NCBI GenBank assembly: GCA_035494855.1
Contig: DATJGR010000105.1
Coordinates: 445 to 64,444 of the forward strand
Direction of reading: 5' to 3'
DNA: 64,000 nt
Source: Pseudomonadales bacterium
Lineage (GTDB): Bacteria; Pseudomonadota; Gammaproteobacteria; Pseudomonadales; Azotimanducaceae
Each line of letters starts with the position of its first letter. Position 1 is the stretch's first letter. The notes beneath the pieces were generated by a model. It had not been told where the DNA came from, did not search any database, and saw only the letters and a program-made list of their open reading frames with translations. Made by a program: the position numbers and the translations under genes. Positions 1 through 10,440 of this stretch are shown here, piece after piece.

Positions 1-468
1 CGCCAACCGACCCGCACGATCGCGAGCGCAGTTATCCCGCTGACCCATCCGCAAACTAACGAACCGAGCAGCAGCGGTCGCCAGATCCGCTCGAACTCCT
101 TCGTGAGCCACGCGAAGTCGATGTGTACCTCGGTCACCATCGGCGGCGAGTCCATCAGCCAGGTACCGAGCTTGTAGGCGAAGAAATACATCGGCCCCAT
201 CGTCAGCGGATTGTTGACCCAGACCATGCCCACCGCGAGCGGCAGGTTGCATCGCGTCGCGACCGCCAGCGCGGCCGCGAGCAGCATGTGCATGGGAATC
301 GGCAGGAACGAGACGAACAGACCGATGAATGCCGCACCGGCGACGGAGCGTCGATGGAAGTGCCAGATCTCCGGATTCTGCAGCCATTTGCCCAACGGCC
401 TGAGGGCACGATGCTCACGCAACTTCTGGGGATCGGGCAGGTAACGCCTGAACGAGCTACGTGGCATA
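1..468 (-). CDS. DUF2062-family membrane protein (partial; 3' end lies beyond the window start)
   Basis: This ORF is absent from the track because it runs off the window edge. The reverse strand from ATG (complement of 466-468) reads MPRSSFRRYLPDPQKLREHRALRPLGKWLQNPEIWHFHRRSVAGAAFIGLFVSFLPIPMHMLLAAALAVATRCNLPLAVGMVWVNNPLTMGPMYFFAYKLG..., which fits the DUF2062 pattern as I recall it. It is divergent from comEC. Confidence 0.7.
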
Positions 469-534
469 AACCTGTTACGACGATGAGGAATCGATCGCTG
501 TACGGGCGCGCTCATCTGCGATCGAGGCGCGATT

Positions 535-2841
535 ATGCCTGTTTCTCGTCCGGCGTTCATGGCGCGACTGCTGCCCGCGTACGTGTTCGGAATGTTGGCG
601 ATCATGTGGCTGCCACTGCCGTCGCTGAGTCACTGCATCGCGATCGGAGTCGTTGGTGCGGTGCTGTCCGGCGCGAGGCGCGTGCCGTGGGTTGCGGGGG
701 CGCTGCTCGGCCTAGCGGTCTCCGCGCTGGCAGCGCACGACGCGCTCGGACACCGGATCGCGGCATGTGTAGACGGCGCGGCGCTCGAACTGCGCGGAAC
801 CGTCGTGGGTCTGCCGAAGGTGTCGCTGCCGCAAACGCAGGTCGACGTCGCACCCGACGCCATCGCGCAGTGGCCCGAGTGCGCTGGGCCGCCGCCGCGG
901 CGGTTACGGCTCTCCTGGTTCGACGCACCCGCGCTGATCCCAGGCGAACGCTGGCAGTTGCGCATCAAGTTGCGAAGTGTCCGCGGCTTTCAGAATCCGG
1001 TCGGCTTCGATTACGAAGCGTGGAGTCTCGCGGCCGGCATCGACGGCGGCGGTTCGGTGCGATATGGCGAGCGAGGCGAGTCGGCTTCGGACTGGAACTG
1101 GGATCGGCTCAGGCTCGCGCTTCGCGAGCGCTACGCTGCGCTTCCGCTCGATCACGGAGGCATCGACCTCGCGTTGCTGACCGGCGACGCCGGCCTGATG
1201 GACGAGGCCGACTGGTCGCTGTTCCGCGCTACCGGCACGGTACACCTGATGGTGATCTCCGGCCTGCATCTGACGATCGTCGCAACGCTTGGTGTAGTGC
1301 TCGGTCGCGCCGCGGCTCGACTGATGCCTCCGGTACTGGTGAGGAACGGCTCGGCCTGGGCCGGTGCGGTCGCAGGCGGCGTGCTGGTCACGCTATACGC
1401 GTGTCTCGCGGGCTGGGGTGTAGCGGTGCTGCGCGCGTGGGTGGCGACCGTATTGGTACTGCTCATTCTGCCTCTGGGTCGACGCGTGTCGTTACCGCGA
1501 ATGTTCCTCCTGGTAGCCGCAATCGTGCTGACGTGCGATCCGCTCTCGCCGTTGCAGGCGGGCTTCTGGCTCTCGTTCGCCGCCGTCGCGGTGCTGCTCG
1601 GACAGTTTGCGCCGCGGATCGAACGAAGCTCGGCAATCCGAACGCTGGTCGCGGCGCAGTTCGTGCTCGCGGCGGGCATGGTGCCGGTTCTGACGGCCAC
1701 CATCGGCAGCGTGGCGTGGGTTGGCCCGCTCGCGAATCTGATGGCGGTGCCGATCGTCAGTGTGGTCGTCGTGCCGCTCGATCTTCTCGCCGGCGTCCTC
1801 GTTGCGAGCGATTCGCCCGGGGCGGCGTGGGTCGCCCATCTCGTCGACGTTCTCGTCGGCTTCGTCGTTGCGTACCTGCGCGCGCTCGCACAGCTCGACT
1901 GGACCAGTTGGAGCAGTGCGCGGACCGCGCCGGCGCTGATCGTGTCATCGATTGCGTGCGGCCTGATGCTGCTGCCGTTGGCGTGGCGGCACCGGTTGCT
2001 GCTGCTCCCGTCCATCGTGCTGCCGCTGGTGCCGATCGAAACGCGACCGATTGACGGCGAGTTCGCCATCACGGTGTTCGACGTCGGGCAAGGATTGAGC
2101 GTGCTCGTCGACACGGCGCAACACCGCCTGCTGTACGACGCGGGCCCGCGGTTTCCGTCGGGTTTCGATCTCGGCGCAGCCGTCGTCGTGCCGAATCTGC
2201 GGCGCGATGCCCGACGCGTGCTGGACACCGTGGTGTTGAGTCACGCCGACCTCGATCACGTCGGCGGCTATGGCGCAGTCGCGAGCGCGACCACGGTGCG
2301 CACGCTGCTGGGTGGCCAGCCAGTAGCCGGCTTCGGCGACCTGCGCGCATGCCGTGACGGCACGGGGTGGCAATGGGATGGCGTGCGGTTCCGGATCGTG
2401 CATCCGGGACGCGCCGCAGCGTCGGACAACGACAGCTCCTGCGTGCTGTGGATCGACAACGGTCGCCGACGCGCTATGCTTCCCGGCGACATTACGACGA
2501 TCGGCGAATCGGCGCTGCCGTATCAATCGCTCGATCCGCCGATCGATTTCCTGGTCGCGGCGCACCATGGCAGCCGCAGTTCCTCGGGTGCGTCGTTCAT
2601 AGCGTGGGCACGCCCGCGCGTCGTCGTGTTCAGCGCCGGCTTCATGAATCGATTCGGACATCCGCACCGCGACGTAGTGTGTCGCTTTGCGAGTGCAGGC
2701 AGTCGCGCGTTCACCACGGCGCAGTCCGGTGCGCTGACGTGGCATTCGGATTCGCCCGAAGCGCCGGTCGAGTGGCGCCGACATGTGCCCCCTTACTGGC
2801 GCGTTGGCGCGTCGGTAGACGACGTGTGTTCGCAGCGCTGA
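535..2841 (+). CDS. comEC: DNA internalization-related competence protein ComEC/Rec2
   Basis: 768-aa ORF with a polytopic membrane region and a C-terminal metallo-beta-lactamase-type motif (VVLSHADLDHVGG ... AAHHGSRSS). It sits in the neighbourhood typical of ycaI/comEC. Confidence 0.9.
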   Translation: MPVSRPAFMARLLPAYVFGMLAIMWLPLPSLSHCIAIGVVGAVLSGARRVPWVAGALLGLAVSALAAHDALGHRIAACVDGAALELRGTVVGLPKVSLPQTQVDVAPDAIAQWPECAGPPPRRLRLSWFDAPALIPGERWQLRIKLRSVRGFQNPVGFDYEAWSLAAGIDGGGSVRYGERGESASDWNWDRLRLALRERYAALPLDHGGIDLALLTGDAGLMDEADWSLFRATGTVHLMVISGLHLTIVATLGVVLGRAAARLMPPVLVRNGSAWAGAVAGGVLVTLYACLAGWGVAVLRAWVATVLVLLILPLGRRVSLPRMFLLVAAIVLTCDPLSPLQAGFWLSFAAVAVLLGQFAPRIERSSAIRTLVAAQFVLAAGMVPVLTATIGSVAWVGPLANLMAVPIVSVVVVPLDLLAGVLVASDSPGAAWVAHLVDVLVGFVVAYLRALAQLDWTSWSSARTAPALIVSSIACGLMLLPLAWRHRLLLLPSIVLPLVPIETRPIDGEFAITVFDVGQGLSVLVDTAQHRLLYDAGPRFPSGFDLGAAVVVPNLRRDARRVLDTVVLSHADLDHVGGYGAVASATTVRTLLGGQPVAGFGDLRACRDGTGWQWDGVRFRIVHPGRAAASDNDSSCVLWIDNGRRRAMLPGDITTIGESALPYQSLDPPIDFLVAAHHGSRSSSGASFIAWARPRVVVFSAGFMNRFGHPHRDVVCRFASAGSRAFTTAQSGALTWHSDSPEAPVEWRRHVPPYWRVGASVDDVCSQR

Positions 2842-2849
2842 ATCCGAAA

Positions 2850-3332
2850 TCAGCGGAACCGATTCACCATCAGGCGGAGTTGCGAGACGAGGCGCGCCTT
2901 CTCTTCCGGCGTCAGGAAGCGACCGATCTCCACGCGTTGGTCGCGCATCTCCACCGCGATCCGGTCCTGATACCACGGGTGCGTCGCGGGCTCGACGTGA
3001 AAGCGCGTGAAGAAGCGGGAGAAGCGGTAGGTGTGCTCAGGTTCGCGATGCCCTTTCTCGACGATCAGTTCGTCGACCGAGAAAGTCAGCACTTCCTGCT
3101 CGTGCGTCCGGCGTACGCAGTAGTAGAGACAAGCGAGCACCACGCTCATCTCCAGCGCGCTGAACGGCAGCACCATCCAATAGCCGCGCAGAGCAAACGT
3201 CGTGGCGACAATCAGCGAAACCGTCAGCAGCGTACCGAGGAAGTAGGTGTTCGATCGCCACGTCCACGATCGGTTAGGGCGCAGAATGATCCGCCCGACG
3301 CGGTCGCATTCGTCGAAATGCGCCGCGATCAT
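2850..3332 (-). CDS. DUF2244-like small integral membrane protein
   Basis: 160-aa ORF with two adjacent hydrophobic helices (YFLGTLLTVSLIVATTFALRGYWMVLPFSALEMSVVLACLYY) followed by a soluble tail. Its start is 3 nt downstream of the stop of the PilZ/Nudix-like gene. Confidence 0.6.
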   Translation of the reverse strand: MIAAHFDECDRVGRIILRPNRSWTWRSNTYFLGTLLTVSLIVATTFALRGYWMVLPFSALEMSVVLACLYYCVRRTHEQEVLTFSVDELIVEKGHREPEHTYRFSRFFTRFHVEPATHPWYQDRIAVEMRDQRVEIGRFLTPEEKARLVSQLRLMVNRFR

Positions 3333-3335
3333 GGC

Positions 3336-4133
3336 TCAACCCCGTTTGGATTGGGCGGCGCCGGCGGTCATGCGTCGAGCGTCGGCGCGATCGAGCGCGA
3401 GCGCCGCGAGATCACGCAACAGCGGGTGAGAGAAGGTCAGCTCTTCGAGGCTGAACGCGCGACTGACCCATTTCGCGTGGCGATAGCGGGAGTCGTCGTG
3501 AAGACGCACGCGCTCCGATTGCGAGGAGAAGCGGTGAAAGGCGCTGAACGTTGCGTTCTCGCCGGCGAGTAAGCCCGGCGCGCTGTCGATGCCGAGCGTG
3601 TCTTCGAACACCAGATCGTCGATGCCCAGTTCCGTGGTGAGATAGTCGGTGAGCGCGCTCTGCCACGCCGAGCCGACGGTCAGATATTCGCCGGGGAAGA
3701 GCCACTTGCCATGGCGTTGTACCACCAGCAGCTTGCCAAGATCGTTGACGATGGCGGCGCCCTGGAACACCTGGAAATAGTCCTGACCGAGGCGCAGGTC
3801 CTGCCGGAGTCGATCGACGCTGTTCCACAGATGCTGACTCGTGCGGTTCGTGAACTTGAGCCCGAGGCCTTCTTCCGTGACGCGCGCCACTTCCGTCTCG
3901 ATGGTCGGCGTCGGATTCGACTCGACCAGCGCCGCATTCAGCACCGTCACCTTGATTTTGGCGCCGGGACGCAAACCGCTCGGACTGAGGCGCACGAACA
4001 TTCCGGTCTCCGAAATATCGCGCGCAACGCTTCTGATCTTACCGATGCTGGGGTGGCTCAACTCCACTTCGAACGGCAGTTGGATGCGGGGGCTCGCGCG
4101 TTCGTTGCTGGAGAGGTCCTGCGGGTCTGTCAT
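3336..4133 (-). CDS. PilZ domain / Nudix-fold (degenerate Nudix box) fusion protein
   Basis: I chose the ATG at 4133 (MTDPQDL...) rather than the track start at 4283, which would overlap the clpB start. The N-terminus has RxxxR (RASPR) and DxSxxG (DISETG). The C-terminus reads AAIVNDLGKLLVVQRHGKWLFPGEYLTVGSAWQSALTDYLTTELGI, a Nudix-like layout without the RE..EE acidic residues. Confidence 0.65.
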   Translation of the reverse strand: MTDPQDLSSNERASPRIQLPFEVELSHPSIGKIRSVARDISETGMFVRLSPSGLRPGAKIKVTVLNAALVESNPTPTIETEVARVTEEGLGLKFTNRTSQHLWNSVDRLRQDLRLGQDYFQVFQGAAIVNDLGKLLVVQRHGKWLFPGEYLTVGSAWQSALTDYLTTELGIDDLVFEDTLGIDSAPGLLAGENATFSAFHRFSSQSERVRLHDDSRYRHAKWVSRAFSLEELTFSHPLLRDLAALALDRADARRMTAGAAQSKRG

Positions 4134-4219
4134 GGCAGAAGTGCGCGCCCCGATGCTGAATTGAACGAATCGAATGTAGCGCGGCGAGACAGCAGTTTCC
4201 AGGTATGTCGTTGGATCGG

Positions 4220-4248
4220 CTTGAAAATGCGGACGATGGACGCATTCT
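4220..4248 (+). promoter_or_regulatory. Candidate sigma-32 heat-shock promoter of clpB
   Basis: A perfect -35 CTTGAAA (4220-4226) is followed about 13-14 nt later by CGCATTCT, a partial match to CCCCATnT. It lies about 28 nt upstream of the clpB ATG, with GGAGGA as the Shine-Dalgarno. Confidence 0.4.
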
Positions 4249-4275
4249 TTGGCGAGTTCGCGGAGGAACAGCACC

Positions 4276-6862
<2,587 letters not shown>

Positions 6863-6870
<8 letters not shown>

Positions 6871-6891
6871 ATATACAGTAGTCGTATACTG
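6863..6891. promoter_or_regulatory. AT-rich overlapping palindromes (SOS-box-like) with embedded -35/-10-like hexamers
   Basis: TTGT-ATAAATAT-ACAG (6863-6878) is one mismatch from CTGT-N8-ACAG. It overlaps CAGTA-N6-TACTG (6876-6891). TTGTAT, a 16-nt spacer and TATACT could serve as a promoter. The element overlaps the clpB stop codon. Confidence 0.35.
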
Positions 6892-6914
6892 CAACGCAGA
6901 CTGAACGGAACCTG

Positions 6915-7169
6915 ATGGTGAGTCAGAACTCGTTGTCGTTGTTCGAAATGGCCGAGGAGCCGGTGGCGGCACAAACGTCGGCGGTGGTCGCGCATGCGAG
7001 TGCCCGCGATCGCCAACGACGACACCTGCTTGCTGCGCGCCGCCTTTCGCGCCGCATCGCGCGGCTACCCGACCATTCGCCGGAGCAGTTACGGGCCGGT
7101 CGGCTGATCTGTCGTCATCTCGTCGCCATGCTGAAAGAAGCGGAAGTCGAAGACTCGACGCCGCACTGA
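6915..7169 (+). CDS. Hypothetical 84-aa protein (no family recognised)
   Basis: ATG ORF in the clpB-galU gap. Third-codon positions are strongly G/C-biased, as in the neighbouring real genes. The Shine-Dalgarno is weak. Confidence 0.4.
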   Translation: MVSQNSLSLFEMAEEPVAAQTSAVVAHASARDRQRRHLLAARRLSRRIARLPDHSPEQLRAGRLICRHLVAMLKEAEVEDSTPH

Positions 7170-7273
7170 ATCGTGTCTTACGTGCGCGATCCCACCGATT
7201 CCGAATCGATTGCTTGCTGGCCAAGAGCGGCGTTGGCTACCATCCGATGAATCCCAGTGCACCAGGCGTCGCA

Positions 7274-8137
7274 ATGATCAAGAAGTGTCTGTTCCCCGTG
7301 GCCGGCTACGGTACGCGGTTTCTCCCCGCAACGAAGGCGATGCCGAAGGAGATTCTGCCGATCGTCGACAAGCCGCTGGTGCAATACGGCGTCGAGGAAG
7401 CGGTAGAAGCAGGGTTGACCGACATCGGCTTCGTCACGGGCCGCGGAAAGCGTGCGATCGAAGACCACTTCGACGTCAGTTACGAACTCGAACACCAGAT
7501 CGAGGGCACGGGCAAGGAAAAGCAGCTCGAGGGTATCCGTGCGCTGATCGAAACGTGCACGTTCTCTTATACCCGCCAGATCACGATGAAGGGGCTCGGC
7601 CACGCGATCCTCACGGGCCACACACTGGTCGGCGATGCGCCGTTCGGCGTGGTTCTGGCCGACGACCTCTGCTTCGGTGAGGGCACCGGCGTGCTCGCCC
7701 AGATGACAAAGCTGTTCCGCCAGTTCCGTTGCAGCATCGTCGCGATCGAAGAAGTGCCGGCCGACGAAACCAACCGTTACGGAATCATCGCCGGCGAAGC
7801 GCTCTCGGATTCTCTGTTCCGCGTGACCGACATGGTCGAGAAACCATCGCCCGATCGCGCGCCGAGCAATCTCGCCATCATCGGCCGCTACATTCTCACG
7901 CCGGACATCTTCGACATTCTCGATCGCACCGAACCGGGCAAGAACGGCGAAATCCAGATCACCGATGCGCTGTTGAAACAGGCGCGCGACGGGTGCGTGA
8001 TCGCATACAAGTTCAAAGGTCGCCGCTTCGACTGCGGAACCGTGGACGGTTATGTCGCCGCGACGAACTACTGCTACAGGCGGTTCTTCGGCGACGAAGC
8101 TACGCGCGAAGTGGTGCCGATCGCACGACGCTCGTAA
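7274..8137 (+). CDS. galU: UTP--glucose-1-phosphate uridylyltransferase
   Basis: The start MIKKCLFPVAGYGTRFLPATKAMPKEILPIVDKPLVQYGVEEA is the canonical GalU N-terminus. The track ORF begins 60 nt further upstream. Confidence 0.93.
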   Translation: MIKKCLFPVAGYGTRFLPATKAMPKEILPIVDKPLVQYGVEEAVEAGLTDIGFVTGRGKRAIEDHFDVSYELEHQIEGTGKEKQLEGIRALIETCTFSYTRQITMKGLGHAILTGHTLVGDAPFGVVLADDLCFGEGTGVLAQMTKLFRQFRCSIVAIEEVPADETNRYGIIAGEALSDSLFRVTDMVEKPSPDRAPSNLAIIGRYILTPDIFDILDRTEPGKNGEIQITDALLKQARDGCVIAYKFKGRRFDCGTVDGYVAATNYCYRRFFGDEATREVVPIARRS

Positions 8138-8149
8138 GATCGTCGCGCC

Positions 8150-9325
8150 ATGATCGAACTCTCCGAACGGCTCCTCGCCCATCGAACGCTCGCGCCCGTC
8201 GATTTCGACGTGCCGGTTCCGCTCGCGGACGTACCGACGCCGGCGCTGTTGCTCGACGAAGACGCGCTGAACCGCAACATCGCCCGGATGGCTGACTTCC
8301 TCGGCGGGCGCGGCAAGGGGTTCCGGCCACACGCCAAAACGCATAAGTGTCCTCAGGTCGCACAGCGACAACTGGCGGCGGGCGCGGTCGGCATCTGTGC
8401 GGCGAAGGTCTCCGAGGCGATCGTATTGGCGCGCGCAGGAATCGGGCCGATCCTCATCACGTCGCCGATTACTACGCAGCAGAAAGCCGATCTGGTGACC
8501 GCGCTGGTCGCTGGTGGTGCAAAGGTGCAGATCGTCGTCGACAGTGAACTCGGCGCGACCGTACTCGACGCGTCGGCGCGCGCACGCCGCGTGTCCGTTG
8601 ATGTGCTGATCGATCTCGATCCACGCCTGGGCCGTACCGGCGTTCGCGAATCCGCCGATGCGCTCAAGCTCGCCGACTGGCTTGCGACGAACCGACGATC
8701 CGGCGGCGCATTGAACCTCATCGGTGTGCAGCATTACGCCGGTCAGGTGATGCACATCACCGGACACGAAGCGCGCAAGGAAAAATCGCTGATCTGCTGG
8801 AAGAGCGCGGTCGCAATCTGCAACGCGCTGCGCGACGCCGGCCACGAGCTGCAGGTGATCACCGGTTGCGGCACCGGTACATACGACATCGACTGCGATG
8901 TGCCGGACGTGACCGACCTTCAGGTCGGCAGCTACGTCTTCATGGACCAGCAGTACATCGACGTCGGCGGACGCGCCAGTGCACGGCTCGACGATTTCGA
9001 GGTCTCGCTCACGGTCGCAACCACGGCCATCAGTCAACCCGTCAACGGAATGATCACCGTCGACTGTGGCTTCAAGGGGTTCGCGTCCGAATCGATTCCA
9101 CCGACCGCCATCGACTTACCGGCGGCAAAGTATCGTTTTGCCGGCGACGAGCACGGGATGCTGCTGCTCGGCGACGGCGCACAAGAACCGCTGTTGGGAA
9201 AACGGATCAATTTCGTGACGCCGCATTGCGATCCGACGGTGAATCTCTACGACTATTACTGGGTGCATCGCGGCGGCTTCGTCCACGCGTTGTGGCCGGT
9301 GTCGGCTCGCGGCTGCTCGTGGTAG
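8150..9325 (+). CDS. DSD1-family PLP-dependent enzyme (D-serine dehydratase / D-threonine aldolase-like, alanine-racemase N-terminal fold)
   Basis: PTPALLLDEDALNRNIARMA...FRPHAKTHKCPQVA contains the PLP-lysine context AKTHK. The C-terminal region is ...HCDPTVNLYD. Confidence 0.8.
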   Translation: MIELSERLLAHRTLAPVDFDVPVPLADVPTPALLLDEDALNRNIARMADFLGGRGKGFRPHAKTHKCPQVAQRQLAAGAVGICAAKVSEAIVLARAGIGPILITSPITTQQKADLVTALVAGGAKVQIVVDSELGATVLDASARARRVSVDVLIDLDPRLGRTGVRESADALKLADWLATNRRSGGALNLIGVQHYAGQVMHITGHEARKEKSLICWKSAVAICNALRDAGHELQVITGCGTGTYDIDCDVPDVTDLQVGSYVFMDQQYIDVGGRASARLDDFEVSLTVATTAISQPVNGMITVDCGFKGFASESIPPTAIDLPAAKYRFAGDEHGMLLLGDGAQEPLLGKRINFVTPHCDPTVNLYDYYWVHRGGFVHALWPVSARGCSW

Positions 9326-9386
9326 GAACCGCGTTCCCGCGAACTGCTAGCCTTCAATTCGACGGATAGGGATAAGGGGTCGAAAC

Positions 9387-10010
9387 GTGTTGGAGTTGGT
9401 GCAAGCCGGTGGCTGGATGATGCTACCGATCATTCTGTGTTCGGTCATAGCCGCTGCCATCGCCGTCGAACGCTTCTGGACCTTGCAACCCGGGCGGATC
9501 GCGCCGCGGACGCTGCTCGCGCAGGTCTGGGGTTATGCAAAGAAGAACGAGATCGACCGCGAACGGCTGCGTGACATCCGTAATGGCAGCGCCCTCGGGC
9601 AGATCTTCGCGGCCGGGCTCGCCAACGCGAAACACGGTCGGCAGGTCATGAAGGAGGCCATGGAGGAGGAGGCGAGCGTCGTCATGCATGAGCTCGAGCG
9701 CTACCTCACCGCGCTCGGAACGATCGCTTCGGTCAGCCCCCTATTGGGATTGTTGGGAACGGTGGTCGGAATGATTCAGGCATTCACGGTTCTGATGGCA
9801 CAAGGTGCCGGCAATGCGAACAACCTCGCGGGTGGAATTTCGACGGCGCTCGTCACCACGGCGGGCGGTCTGACCGTGGCGATTCCGTCGCTCGCGTTCT
9901 ATCGTTACTTCCTGCGGAGAGTCGACGACCTGACGATCACGATGGAACAGGAAGCCAGCAAGCTCGTTGAGATCATGCACGGCGAACGCGAGATCGATCC
10001 ACGGCAATGA
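9387..10010 (+). CDS. exbB: MotA/TolQ/ExbB-family proton channel protein
   Basis: GTG start with AAGGGG upstream. Three TM helices and the conserved PLLGLLGTVVGMI motif are present. Confidence 0.85.
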   Translation: MLELVQAGGWMMLPIILCSVIAAAIAVERFWTLQPGRIAPRTLLAQVWGYAKKNEIDRERLRDIRNGSALGQIFAAGLANAKHGRQVMKEAMEEEASVVMHELERYLTALGTIASVSPLLGLLGTVVGMIQAFTVLMAQGAGNANNLAGGISTALVTTAGGLTVAIPSLAFYRYFLRRVDDLTITMEQEASKLVEIMHGEREIDPRQ

Positions 10011-10429
10011 AATTCCGCAGGCGCCCCCGTAACGACATTGCGATCGAGCTCGTACCGCTGGTGGACGTCGTGCTCGTGCTGCTGCTCTTCTTCATGGTTT
10101 CCACCACGTTCATTCGCCAGTCCGAATTGAAGGTCGAACTGCCGGAAGCGGACGCCACCTCGCAGCAGACGGAAACCTCGGTGGTCGAAGTGGCGATCAG
10201 CGCCGATGGAGAATACGCGGTGAACGGCCGCCTGCTCGTCGACAATCAGTTGCCTACGCTGATGCGCGCGCTGCGCGAAGCGGTGGCAGGCGACACCGCC
10301 AAGCATCTCGTGATCAATGCCGATTCCGACGCGCGGCACCAGTCGGTCGTTCGCGCTATGGACGCCGCCGGACAGCTGGGATTGATTCACCTGAGCATCA
10401 CTACCCGCAGCCCCGACGACGCGCACTGA
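10007..10429 (+). CDS. exbD: ExbD/TolR-family biopolymer transport protein
   Basis: The gene has a 4-nt overlap with exbB. It shows the IELVPLVDVVLVLLLFFMV anchor and a periplasmic domain. Confidence 0.85.
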   Translation: MKFRRRPRNDIAIELVPLVDVVLVLLLFFMVSTTFIRQSELKVELPEADATSQQTETSVVEVAISADGEYAVNGRLLVDNQLPTLMRALREAVAGDTAKHLVINADSDARHQSVVRAMDAAGQLGLIHLSITTRSPDDAH

Positions 10430-10440
10430 GAGAGTCGAGC

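Noticed and set aside
123-2054. A 643-aa + strand ORF overlapping comEC, plus many similar long ORFs elsewhere (for example 4696-6324 -, 7178-9037 -, 10387-11925 -, 11947-13620 -, 33460-35190 -, 36052-37332 +, 42778-43968 +, 45932-46924 +).
   Set aside because: Their translations are Arg/Ala/Gly/Pro-rich nonsense with no recognisable motifs. Each lies out of frame or antisense to a gene with clear family signatures. They are typical shadow ORFs of a high-GC genome.
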